From the human T2T-CHM13v2.0 reference genome, Homo sapiens, in the NCBI RefSeq assembly GCF_009914755.1, contig NC_060925.1: a stretch of 64,000 nucleotides of DNA; one strand, written 5' to 3'. Of this stretch, positions 41,169-55,495 are shown piece after piece (the first letter of the stretch is position 1; the number at the start of each line of letters is the position of its first letter). The notes under the pieces are model-generated. The model searched no databases. It was not told where the DNA came from and saw nothing but the letters and a program-made list of their open reading frames with translations. The translations under genes and the position numbers were made by a program.

Positions 41169-42507
41169 CTAAAAAACAAAACAAAACAACAACAAAAAAA
41201 AACGGTAGTCTGTTTTAAAATGGGATTGTCAGTATTTAAAACATTCTGGCCTAACAGGATTTGTCATGCAGTTTCATCACTGAGATGGAAACCCACATAT
41301 CACCTTCTCCAAAAAGCTTCTCCTGACCTTCATAATTCAAGTGATGCCAGCTCCACCAACCTCCCCAGCCTTTCTACTTCCTATTCCATCACAGTCTTAT
41401 TGTTTTCCCAGCACTTGTTCCTAGTTGAAACTGTCTTATTAATTTGTTCATGAGTCTACTCTGTCTCTCTGACATGAATATAAGCTCCACCAGAGTAGGA
41501 ACCTTGTCTGTCCTGTTTACAGCTATATCCCTAGTGCCTAGGACAGTGCCTGAAATATAGGAGGTGATCAAAAATTATTTACGGAATGAAGGAATGATTG
41601 CATTCAGGCAAAATGAATGCCCACCCAATCTTATTACTCACCAATAGATGTGAAAATAGAGAGGATAAGAGAAAACAAAAACAGAAGGATTGCAGCAGAA
41701 TCATTCCATACAGTAAGGTCAGTGAAAAAAAAAAAAGGAAGAGGGGTTGGGATCCATGCTACAATCCATCTACTTAGAAAAGCATAAACTCTGAGTTCAC
41801 AGACTGTCAGTCCAACTTTCAACTAAGTAAGGGCTGATGAGGAGAGAGGTGTTAAAACTTAGAATGGAGATGTAGGTAATGGATGGAGTAGGGGGCCACA
41901 CCTCCTAACCTCCATTCATAACCACTGATCGCTCACTTACAAAAAAACTTCGCTGAACCACAGCAAGGACAATTGTTGGGGACCCTTAAACAGCAGACCT
42001 TCTACCATTCGCTTGGCTCTTCTTATGCACTAGATACAGCTACCTGGGATGCAGGTGCTGTTTCCCAAAGGCAAGCAAGTGGCAGTAACCTAGCTCTTCG
42101 CGGAAGAAGTAACGAGAGAAATCTTCAGACCCAGAACAGGGTCCTCTGCATATGCAGGTCCCCAACGGCTCTATTTCTCCCAGGTGGGAAGGTGACCGTT
42201 CCTCAGGACCTCCCAAGTGCTAGGCACTATGCTGGGCTCTTAACATGCTTTCCTTAATTTACGGGCCATTCCTTCCCCCCAATCCAATAATTTAGAGAGG
42301 CCTCAAGTACAACTTCTCCATTCCCCAGACCCGCTACTCTCTACCCCAAGAAATCTTCAAACTCCAGGAGCGGTTGGGGAAGATAAAAAGAAATCTGGAG
42401 TGGCCTAAGAGTTAGAATGGGAGGGGAACGGTGCTAGGGCAAGAAGAGATTATACTGGGATCAGTATAGTAAAGATCAGTAAAGAGAAGATAAGAACGCG
42501 GTCTGAC

Positions 42508-42604
42508 CCTTTCCAAGCCCATTATGTCCATCAGAAGAGATGACGAGGAGCAGGAAACTGAAGCCCAGCAAACAGGTGGCCCCGAGACGAGGCCGCGTCT
42601 CCAT
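42508..42604 (-). CDS. TXNDC12: TXNDC12 coding exon 1 (METRPRLGATCLLGFSFLLLVISSDGHNGLGK-G; signal peptide)
   Basis: ATG at 42604-42602 in strong Kozak context (GCCATGG); hydrophobic signal peptide; donor AAGG|GTCAGA at 42507; 97 nt, phase 1, joins exon 2 in frame. Confidence 0.97.
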
Positions 42605-43785
42605 GGCAGTAGGTGCGCGGGGCCACGGGGCTGAGCGGACGCAGGGCCGGAGTCCCAGCAGACGGTCCACACAGTTCGCCGAGCGCCGCTCAGCACACCT
42701 CTACTTCCCAGATTTTTTTTTTTCAAACTCTGAAGGAAGTGATGTTAGACGGATGTGGGTGGTGCCTCCGGGGTCCGGTTTGGGATGGAGTGAGCTTAAA
42801 GGTGCAGATCACGTAGAAGGGTACGAGAGCTGTTCTCGAGCGCGAGTTGCTTTTCGTGGATTCTGGGTGTCCAGGTCCCGGGACGGAGCGGGAATATGTA
42901 GGCCAAGATAGTAGGGGCGGGGGAGAGGTTCGGGAGAACCGTTGCTCCTCGCGTCCGCCACCCAGTCCAGCCCCTCCCCCCAAGAACCGCTGCACTTCCT
43001 AGTCAAAAGCAAATTATTGATTCGTGAGGTCAGTCGCTCCCAACAGTGGGCGGATTGCCCACTGGCCTCGGATTCTCCTTACCCCTCCACAAATCAAGAC
43101 TGGACAACTGGATTTCATTGTTAGGTTCCTGCGAGGGTCTCTGAGGAGACCTGGCAAGCCTGTTCTGCGGTGCGTGGGCTCGTGCCGTGCAGACATGCAC
43201 TTTCCCGCTGGAGAAGCTCTGTACCTTATTTTTCCTTGCAACCGCAAATCTTCTACTCAGGGATGATGCAACCAACTGATGCAAGCTCCAAGAAAACCAA
43301 ACTTGGGACCTCTTATTGCAAAACTGACTTAGGTGGACTTAGGACACCAGGATATAAGTCACTGCAGGCTAAAGTGTAAAGCTTCTGGTTATTTTTCTTG
43401 TAGCTTGAGGATTTCTTCCCAATTTTTCCCCTTCGCTGTATAACAAACAGGTGAAAATGTCCGGTCTTTTTCTTCCTGGTACTAGTTGAGTCCTAAAGTC
43501 CGTACTTAATGCATAGCGAAAAAGCGACCTAACAAAAGTACACACCCAAATAAAAACATACCGACCACCCTTTTATTAGGTTCCCTAAAATTGTAGGCAG
43601 GGACACAATAGAACGCTCGGGAGACTGCAATCCCCAGGATGCCGCGCGGCCACCTGCACCTGCCGCCACTAGCACTAAGAGGGATGCGCAAAGCAGGCGG
43701 GGCGTTGGAGTTCAGATGTTCGCTCCCGGGATAGGCTGCCCCGGAGAGGGAGAGGCGGGGTCGGCTGTATCACGTGGATCTGCTC

Positions 43786-43806
43786 CCGCCGCCGCCGCCG
43801 CCGCCG
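43786..43806 (+). repeat. (CCG)7 trinucleotide repeat
   Basis: Seven perfect CCG units followed by TCG TCT. Confidence 0.95.
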
Positions 43807-43884
43807 TCGTCTTTCTCTGTCTCGGCTGAGGCAGCCATCTTTCTCTTGCCGCGTGCTGGTGTTGGAGGACCCTCCCTGCTTCAG
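43790..43884 (+). other. BTF3L4: BTF3L4 non-coding exon 1 (start approximate)
   Basis: Strong donor CAG|GTGAGA after 43884 inside the CpG island; pyrimidine-rich initiator-like sequence and a YY1 motif upstream; no ATG. Confidence 0.8.
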
Positions 43885-46103
43885 GTGAGACCCCCGGCGG
43901 TCCCGCCACTTCACGGCCATAGGCCGCTGCGCACGGTCTCCCCCCGCCCTCCCCTTCCGACACCCGCCAACCGCTCAGGCTGCCACTTCCGCCGTGGTGC
44001 GGCGAGCGGGGGCGGAGGCGGCTGGCTTGGCCTGTCGGTTACCGGCGGCGCAGCTGGGGGTCGGCACCTGTGGGAAGGTCCCCAGCACCACCGCCCCCTG
44101 TGGGAGCGAGCGGGCCCGCCCTGTTGCCGCCCAGACCCTGTCCCAGGAGGCAGGTGGACGCCCCTCCTCTGTTCCATTACTCCTTGCTTACAACAGCAGT
44201 GTTGTGTGCTTTGAGCTTTATACAGGCTCTCTGTTGTCATCTCATTTGATGCTCCCAGTCTACAGATAGGGAAGCTGAGGTTACCACTTCCCGCCCTTGA
44301 GTCCAGGGAACCGAACTCAGTTGCAGCACTCTTCACCTTGTAATGGCAATGTTTGTTTACAAGTCGGCGTCCCTTGCCCATCTTTATAACCCCCCTCCCA
44401 CTGCCTGCTGACCGACAGGCTCAGTGTTGCACAGCTAGTGAATGGCGGTTTCAACTTCCGTTCCCACATTCTTGCAGTTTACCATAGTTGTCCCCTCGGG
44501 AGTGGTAACAATAGTTACCAGTAACTGTGTATCTTCTGTGAACCATTCCCTGTGGTTGATAATGTTTTAACCCTCAAAACAACCCTGTGAAGTACGTGGT
44601 GTTATACCTTTCCAAATGCAGGAGGAATACAAGTTCAGAGAAGAAAAATACCTTTCCCAACTGGTAGAACCTTGGTCTTTCTGATTCCAAAGCCTGTGCT
44701 TGTCTTAGAGAAACCCTACATAATAAAAAGTCAGGACTCAAGGTTGCAATTATTTTTATCTCTGTGTAAACATGATGTATGTGAAAGTGCCTACCACAAT
44801 GCTTCTAACTTAGGCACTTAATAAATATAAACCTGTTTACACCCTTTCTTGAGTCCTTGAGAACAGTGCTAAAAGATCCTGGAATCCCCAAGGAAGAACT
44901 CATTAATCATGTGGCTTTAGGAAGTTACTTCTCCCTTTTGGGCCTAGGAAGGGACTTCTCCCTTCTGGGCCCTTATTTCCTAATCTATTAAGATGGGAGG
45001 GAGGGAACTGTTTCGTTTGTAATTTATACTTTGCTGGTGCTAGCAGATGTTGAGATGACATCACAGATAGGAATGATGGGTGCAATAAAGTAGAGGTTGA
45101 TTGAGAATAGAGAATTAAACCAGGTGATCTTGGAGGTCTACTCCAGATTCTGAGCTTGACATCGCATAGACTGAGTCCAGTCCTCTTTCCTACTTGAATT
45201 CCACACACCACAACTTGCCAAGAAACAAAAGACTACTCTTGTTCCTCCCCTACTGCCTTGAGCTCTCAGTCTCCCTAAAATCATTTTTCTCTGAGATACT
45301 CCTTAGGAACAAAATTTCTCAATTCTGTTGTCCTGACCACCTGGAATGGAATCTGTTCTTTCATCTATACCTTGATTTGAAGAGTTAATTTTGTTCTTGC
45401 TTTTATTTCAAACAAGTCAAGACTTTGTCTTGGCATCCCAACCTCTGTCTGTTCTCTTGGGAATTGTTACTTCAAAATGCAGAAGAATCCCAAAGGGTTT
45501 ACCAAGTATCTAGGTCTAATGTTTTTCCTTAGCCCCTTTTTTTTTGCAATAAATTCCTTTGGCTCTTTGTTAGTTCACTACACTCTCATGGCCACATTCC
45601 TTTGAGAAAAGTGAATGTTGGTCCTTTTCTGTGGATATTTGAGCATAGGAATTGGGATTTAAGTCATCAAATTTAAGTCTATGGCAGAGCTAAGATTGGC
45701 ACACATTTAAGACTTCTTGTTTTGGACTCTAAACACACTTCCTCCTATAAAAGTGTTTTTAGCTGCTTCAGCATTGTGATACAGCGCTGAGCAGAGTGAA
45801 GAATCATAAATTCTAAATATTATTTGGGATCTGGACATTAGCCTTAAAGAAGAGATAGATATATAGGTTATTGCCTAAGGATAGTGTCAAAGTACAAAAT
45901 GGTTAGTAATTATATAGTCTTTGATGCTGCTTTTTTTAATCTCTCAAATGAAGCAAACAGTATTTTTTTCATGTGAATGATGACTATACAGGGTTTAGAG
46001 AATTGGCCAAAGAAGATTTGATAACAACCTAGTCCCTTATTCCCTCCCTCACATCTCAGTAATGATTTGTTGATCTGCAGAACAAGTAAAACAAGACTTT
46101 TAA

Positions 46104-46385
<282 letters not shown>

Positions 46386-47352
46386 TGAGCCACCGTGCCG
46401 GGCCTGAATTTGGCTTTTCTTTGTTTATGTAATGTGGAATGTGATGACCCATTATAAACTTAAGAATGTTTTTTTCTTAGTGGGATTATCACTGACCAGA
46501 CTAGATTCATGACTATAATTTTAGAATCTTCAAAATCAAGATTAACTTTAAAAAGCTTGTTTTAGGAGTCTCCTCTCTGCCCCCCCCCAACATTTATTAC
46601 TGTAGCAAAGATATGTTTTTGTTAAATTGTGCAATGAAGCATTTTACCCTGTATGCAAGAATGTCTTGACAAGTATAACATACTATATCAGTGCAGGGTA
46701 TTGAATGAACTCTGGAGAGTGCTGCAGAAGCACCAAATGTCTGAAAACCTGGTTCTCTTTCCCCATTATTAACATACCATCTGACCTTGAATAGAGGACA
46801 TGACTACTTGATATCTTGACAGCTAGACAGCCTTTTGTTGAATTTCTTCTTTGTTCAGCTTTTTTTTCCTTTTGTCATCTTTATGGTTTATAAGAAATAC
46901 AGAATGTGATTTGGGAGGAAAAAAATCTACTTGAAGATTTTGCTAATAACATTTGGTAACAGCTCTCTGCTGTAAAAATCTTTGGGGGAAAAAAACTGGC
47001 TTGCCTACAGAGATTTCATAATTGGTTAGGCTTAACTGAATGCCAAAGGATTGAATCATGTTTTAAGGAGGGATCTTTGAATAGGTGACTTTGAATCCCA
47101 TTCTACTTTCTGTTTGTATATTTGATTCCCTCATGGTAATTTAATTTTGATTTTTAAAAATATCTGGTTTATGAAGCTAGAACAAGTTATTAATGTTTAT
47201 TAAGAATATAGACAGTATTAATATGGTCATGGTGTTGATGCATACTACAAGCTCAGTGAACCAGAAGGTACTGTTGCATAAACAGTTTGTTAATTTCGGC
47301 AAAAGAGTGACTTTAACAAATCTATTTTTCCCCCCCTAGATTTACCAACAGC

Positions 47353-47406
47353 ATGAATCAAGAAAAGTTAGCCAAACTTCAGGCTCAGGTCCGGATAGGG
47401 GGCAAG
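47353..47406 (+). CDS. BTF3L4: BTF3L4 first coding exon (exon 47340-47406): MNQEKLAKLQAQVRIGGK
   Basis: Acceptor TTTTTCCCCCCCTAG| ending 47339; ATG at 47353 (AGCATGA); donor AAG|GTGAGT; matches the NAC-beta/BTF3 family N-terminus. Confidence 0.96.
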
Positions 47407-48832
47407 GTGAGTGTGGCATAAGAAAAATTGATAGGAGAATGTATGATTACCAGATAGTGTTATTATTTCGGATTTGTGGTCATTGAAAATCTAAAATCTT
47501 TTCAATAATCAAGATCAAACCACATTCCAATTTGAAAATAACTTGTCTAGATCTAAAATAGGTAACTAGAACACTTTTCTCTCTGATGATGCAATGGAAA
47601 TAGCCACATTTGTTTGAATCCTAACTCTTACCATCTGCTAGTTATATGATGTGAACAAGTTATCCAACCTTGTTAAGCTTCCACTTTCTTATCTGCAAAA
47701 TAGAAATAATCCTACATAAGGTGTTTAAAGATTAGGGTAATATTTATAAAACACCTAATGTGGTGTCTAGCACAGAGTAGATGCTTAATAAATTATAGCT
47801 ATTATTATGGTTAGACTCACTTGCAGGGCATACCAGATGTTAGGGTTACTTTGTCTTGACTGGATGTTACCTACTTGTACAGAGGTTTAGCTGGAGATGC
47901 TTAAGTTGATTATATATTTTGTTCATTGCCAGGTTTTCCTCACAAATTCTTACCTGTTCTTCCATGTTGGTGAATATGAATATCAGCTTTCTTATTCCCT
48001 GTACTTTTTAAAGCCTAAGGAAGAACTAGTTGTGAGCAACTGAAGTCTTTGATTCTCTTCAGCTGTGGCACCAGGCTCAAGGAGAATATTCTACCCATAT
48101 CTCTGCCCAACACAATCTTTGCAAAAGTGAAAGAAAGAATAGTACTTACCTCAGACCTGAAGTGGTAGGTAGGACACTACTTTTTGTAGTGGGTCCCACT
48201 GTGTCATTTACACTGATGATAACCACAGTTCCTGGGGATGAGCACAAGGGAAGGGAAGGGAAGAAGAGCCAGTACTTTCTCCTTCTCCCACAGTGATACA
48301 GTTATATGAGTCTGGAGTTAGAATAACACACTCATGTAACCACAGTAGTCACATTGTAGCATCAAGTGTGATGTGATGTGCCAATGCAGAAACTAGGGAT
48401 ATTCAAGAACCATAGAATATACCTAGAAGAGCTTGATGTACCACATCGCCATTGTGTATTTTAAAACTGTGGTTGGTACATTCGATTTAGCTGTTGTATA
48501 TTGAGCACCTACTGTGTGCCAGCACATAGAAGATAAACAAGATCACAGCTCTGCTTGGGAGAGAGATGCTCACAATTATAACGCAGAATAGTGAGTGTTA
48601 TAATGAAGTACAAGGTACTCTTGCCTAGTGGAGACAAGGAAGTTATCACTGAGCTCTTGTTTAAAGGATAAACAATTTATCACTAGGCGAAAAGGTAATG
48701 GCTGGCAGAAAGGTAATGGGTGGTGGCTCACGCCTGTAATCCCAGCACTTCGGGAGGCTGAGGTGGGTGGATCAGTTGAGGTCAGGAGTTCAAGACCAGC
48801 CTAGCCAACATGGTGAAACCCTGTCTCCACTA

Positions 48833-49324
<492 letters not shown>

Positions 49325-49492
49325 TAGTAGAGATGGAGTTTCTTCACGTTGGTCAGGATGATCTTGAACTCCTGACCTCAGGTGATCTGCCCATCTCGGC
49401 CTCCCAAAGTGCTGGGATTACAGGCGTGAGCCACCGTGCCCGGCCTCTTTTTTTTTTTAAGATGGAATCTCTCTCTGTCGCCCAGGCTGTAG

Positions 49493-49648
<156 letters not shown>

Positions 49649-49678
49649 TAGCCAGGATGATCTTGCTTGATCTCCTGA

Positions 49679-49983
<305 letters not shown>

Positions 49984-50267
49984 TGAGCCACCGCGCTCGG
50001 CCGGTACAGCTGTTCTTTAGTGTACGTAATGGATAGAGAATGGCAGGAAATGAAATGACCAGGTAGTTTGGGATTCCATTATACTTTTATATGCCATACT
50101 AAGGAGCTTGGAGTTTTATCCTATAGGCAGTGGGCAACTATTAAAGGATTTTAAGAAGGAAATGACTGCCATTTTAGAAAGGTAGCTGCTGGCGTTGTGG
50201 AAAATGGAACAAAATGGAAGTTTGGCCTATAGGCGAACAATTGAGACGCTATTGCTAGAGTCTAAGG

Positions 50268-50608
50268 CAGCAGTCCGCAATCTTTTTGGCACCAGGGACT
50301 GGTTTCGTGGAAGACAGTTTTTCCACGGATGGGAGGATGATGGTTTTGGGATAAAACTGTTCCACCTTAGATCATCAGGCATTAGTTAGATTCTCATGAG
50401 GAGTGCGCATCCTAGTTTCCTCGCATACGCAGCTCACAACAGGGTTCGCCCTCCTATGAGAATCTAATGCTGCCACTGATCTGACTGGCTGTGGAGCCCA
50501 AGCAGTAATGCTCGCTCATGCCCCCTACCCCACCTTCTGCTGTGCTGCCGTGTTCCTAACAGGTCACAGACTGGTACTGGTCAGTGGCCTGGGGGTTGGG
50601 GACCTCTA
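50268..50608 (+). mobile_element. Second MER1B-like element
   Basis: Collinear with 2718-3057 over its whole length; inserted in an L2-like fragment. Confidence 0.85.
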
Positions 50609-52299
50609 TTATATGGGATACAAATTTAGGAGTTGGAATTGACACGATTTAGTGACTGATGGGATATGGGGGGTAAAGGGCATGCAGAAGAATCTAGGAT
50701 AACCCTCAGATTCATGATTTTAGAGACTTGAGTATATGGTGGTACCACCAGCTACAAAAGTTAGGAAATAAGAATAGATTGGTGGACTGATAAGCTTTAA
50801 GACATATTGAATTTGAGGTGCCTGAGGATCATTCGAGTTGAACAAGCACCAAGCAGTTGAGCTATCCCTGAGTCAGGAATGCTTCACAAATGAGTGCCTA
50901 TGTAAATAGTCAGTCCTTCAGCAACTAGATTTCAAGGCATCCTCTGCTGTCAGATCTCTCCTCCACTCCCACCGGAATTGCTGAGACTGAAGCCCCTACC
51001 TTACCTCTATAAGGCTGATTCCCTGAGTACTACTATAGGAGCTACCCAGAGATTGAAACCACTATTCCTTTCTCCTTACTCCTACCAGTTTTAGAAAGAT
51101 TTAACCCTCAAGACTTAATAAACTGATCCAGGAATCCATTATTTTAAATAGTATTTCAATGGAAAAATGTATTTAGAGTTTCACAGTATCAATTTAGAAA
51201 TGAACTTTTTCTTTCTCAGTAACTAGTATAATTTTCAACCTGTTTGCTCAGGCCAAGATTCTAAGCATCATCCAAATGTCCTCTTTTTCTCATATCCCAC
51301 GTGTAATCCATCAGCAAAGTCATGTGGTCTCTTGTGAGAATCTGACCCCTCACCATCTTCACTGCCATATCCCTCATCTCTGGCCAGGACGGCTACAGGA
51401 GCCTCCTGACTGGTCTCTTTATAATCCATTTTCTACATAGCAACTTCAGTCATAAGTAATCAGATCAAGTCACTCCCATGCTTAAAACCTTTCAATGGCT
51501 TCCCATTGCAATCAATAAAATCTAGCTCCTGCCCATGGCATTCTAGGCTACATAATCTGGTCCTTGCCTATCTTTCTGATTTCATATTCCTCTTCCGTTC
51601 CCATTATTCACTCTGCTCTAGCCATACTGGCCCATTTTCTCTCTTCTAGAAAGGACAAGTTCAACCTTGTTTCATTCTGCTTTGATCATTCTTGCCCTAG
51701 TTATGGGTCTCAACTCATATGTTACCTCTTCAGAGGGGGCTTTCCTGGACCTTCTAATAAAGTAGTGCTTTGCCCCTACTTAGTCATTCTTGCTGTGCTC
51801 TAGTTTTGCTTTTTTCTTAATAGTACTTAATCCCATTTGAAATTATCTGATTTGTTTATATATTTATTGATTTTTTTCCTCCTACTGTAATGTAGACATT
51901 AATTTTCAGTTATGTCCTAATTCCCCAAATTTCAGAATATCTTTAGACTACTGGCAGGGGGTGGTAGTTACTATAAGAAAAGATAATGTTTTAAAATTGT
52001 TATAAAGTATTTAAATTGTCTTGAAGTTATAAATTATGTTTTATTAGCAAACAGTATCTTGTGTTGAAATGACAAAGGCTGGATATTAGATAAGAATAAT
52101 TCAACCTGAAAAAGCTGATAAGGAAAAAAAAGGAACTGGCTAGAACCAACCTTTAAAAATCTGCGTTAGGCTGACAATCACAACCTCTGAGAAGTCTTAT
52201 AACATTAATCATTATTATTTTGTCCATTTTTTAATGTGGGTTTTAGATTATTGTGATACGTAAGATGTGATTGCAGTTGCCAGATGCCAGGCATGCTAA

Positions 52300-52446
<147 letters not shown>

Positions 52447-52762
52447 TGATCACTTTGCAAGTTGTTAAATTGTGTGGGTACATGCACAAATAATTGTCTG
52501 GACCTTTCAGATGTAAAATATCAGCTTAGAAAAATCTTTGATATTGTCACTCTGATGTCTTTGAAGGACTGGCACTTTGATTTTTGTATGAAATTAAATG
52601 ATGGTCAAAAAAATAATTTTAGTAGACAGTTAAGGATTTTCATCATACTTTTCAAGCTCAAGATATTTGCGTATATGGCAAAATTATGTAAGTGTTCTTG
52701 AATATTAATATAAAATATGTCTCTAATAATGTAGAAATAAACCCCAACATTTCCTCAGATGA

Positions 52763-53162
<400 letters not shown>

Positions 53163-54158
53163 TAGTTACTACCTCAGCCAAAAGGCTTTAGCAGTAGCTT
53201 TACATGGGTTAGATTTCTTATTAAAACTGTTTCAAAAATTGTTTAAAATGTATTAGTCAGCCGGGTGCAGTGGCTCACGCCTGTAATCTCAGCACTTTGA
53301 GAGGCCTAGGCAGGCAGATCATCTGAGGTCAGGAGTTCAAGAGCAGCCTGGCCAACATGGTGAAACCCTGTCTCTACTAAAAATACAAAAATTAGCTAGC
53401 TGTGGTGGCACATGCCTGTAATCCCAGCTACTCGGGAGGCTAAGGCAAAAGAATCACTTGAACCCAGGAGGCGGAGGTTACGGTGAGCCAAGATTGTGCC
53501 ATTGCACTCCAGCCTGGGTGACAGAGTGAGCATCCGTCTCAAAAAAAAAAATTGTATGTCAGTTTATTGTATTTTGATGACACTATTTTTCTCAAATATG
53601 AGACCAAAGATTAATGTTATTCCAGAAGATACTTAATAAATAACAACAACTACTTGTGATGTTACCACCTAGATGCACCTCTGCCTGATGATTCCATTTG
53701 TTTTTTTGTTTTTTAAGACAGAATCTCACTCTGTCACCCAGGCTAGAGTGCAGTGGTGTGATCTCTGCTCACTGCAACATCTGCCTTCTGGGCTCAAGAA
53801 ATTTCTGCCTCAGTCTCCAGAGTAGCTGGGATTACAGGCGCCCACCACCACACCCGGATAATTTTTTTTTTTTTTTGTATTTTTAGTAGAGACAGTGTTT
53901 TGCTGTGTTGGCCAGGCTGGTTTCAAACTCCTGACCTCAAATAATCTGCCCACCTTGGCCTCCCAAAGTGCTGGGATTACAGGCGTGAGCCACTGCACCC
54001 AGCCAATTCCATCTGTGATGGTAACCAAAGTTTACGCTTTTACTGCCATAAGTTAAATTTAACCGGCCGGGTGCGGTGGCTCACACCTGTAATCCCAGCA
54101 CTTTGGGAGGCCGAGGCGGGTGGATCACGAGGTCAGGGGATCGAGACCATCCTGGCTA

Positions 54159-54395
<237 letters not shown>

Positions 54396-54438
54396 TTAAA
54401 TAGGTGACTAGTGTACATGTGCTATAAAACAAGAATCA

Positions 54439-54840
<402 letters not shown>

Positions 54841-55278
54841 TTAACACATCATTTAAATCTGCTTTGTACATTGAAAATCAGTGTACTGATAAAATAGTAG
54901 AAAATGTAAGCCACATGCATCTTTTTCCTTTCAGCTTGATGTGACTGTGCCTTGTTACTCTGAGATACAGATTAGAGCTTCATTTGTAAGACCTGAAATT
55001 ATATTTAGAGATTATTTTTTCTGAGTTATTGAAAGCTTTTATATATTTTCATGGACCTCAAATATTTTAGAGACCGTTCTCTTAATCTTAGATACATATT
55101 AGAAAAAACAAATCTAAGTCCTTTCAAACCTCTTTTTAAAAATCTAAAACTTGGTAAAAATGAATAAGTTGCAATAATACACATGAATTCTGATAATATT
55201 AAACCTAACCTACTTGTAAATGTTTATGCAATTTTATATCTTTGCCTACCTTTCTACCCTTCAACTCCTCTGCCCCCC

Positions 55279-55495
55279 AACCTCAGCCCTGTTGACATTT
55301 TGAACTCGATAATTCTTTGCTGTGAGAGCTGTCCTGTGCATTACAGGATATTTAGCAGCATCCCTGGCCTTCACCCACTAGGTGCTGGTAACAGACCTAT
55401 ACTCCTAGTTGTGGCAATCAAAAATATCTCTAGAGATTGCCATGTATACGTACCTTGCAGGCAAAGGGCAGGCACCCTTAGCTGAGAAACACTTC
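55279..55495 (+). mobile_element. MER20-like hAT element
   Basis: TTGACATTTTG...CTGTCCTGTGCATTACAGGATATTTAGCAGCATCCCTGGCCT...TGAGAAACACT. Confidence 0.75.

Larger units (their letters stand above)
42560..44170. promoter_or_regulatory. CpG-island bidirectional promoter region shared by TXNDC12 (-) and BTF3L4 (+)
   Basis: High CpG/GC content; first exons diverge about 1.1 kb apart; GC boxes at 42914-42922 and about 43752-43761, E-box CACGTG at 43771-43776, YY1-type GCCATCTT at 43834-43841, GGAAGT near 42735. Confidence 0.88.

Noticed and set aside
44090-44104. CTCF-like motif (CCCACAGGGGGCGGT, minus strand)
   Set aside because: Two mismatches at informative positions in a GC-rich background; needs ChIP data.
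43675-44381. Pro/Gly/Arg-rich ORFs across the BTF3L4 CpG island
   Set aside because: Stop-poor GC-rich sequence; they cross the exon 1 donor and show no homology.
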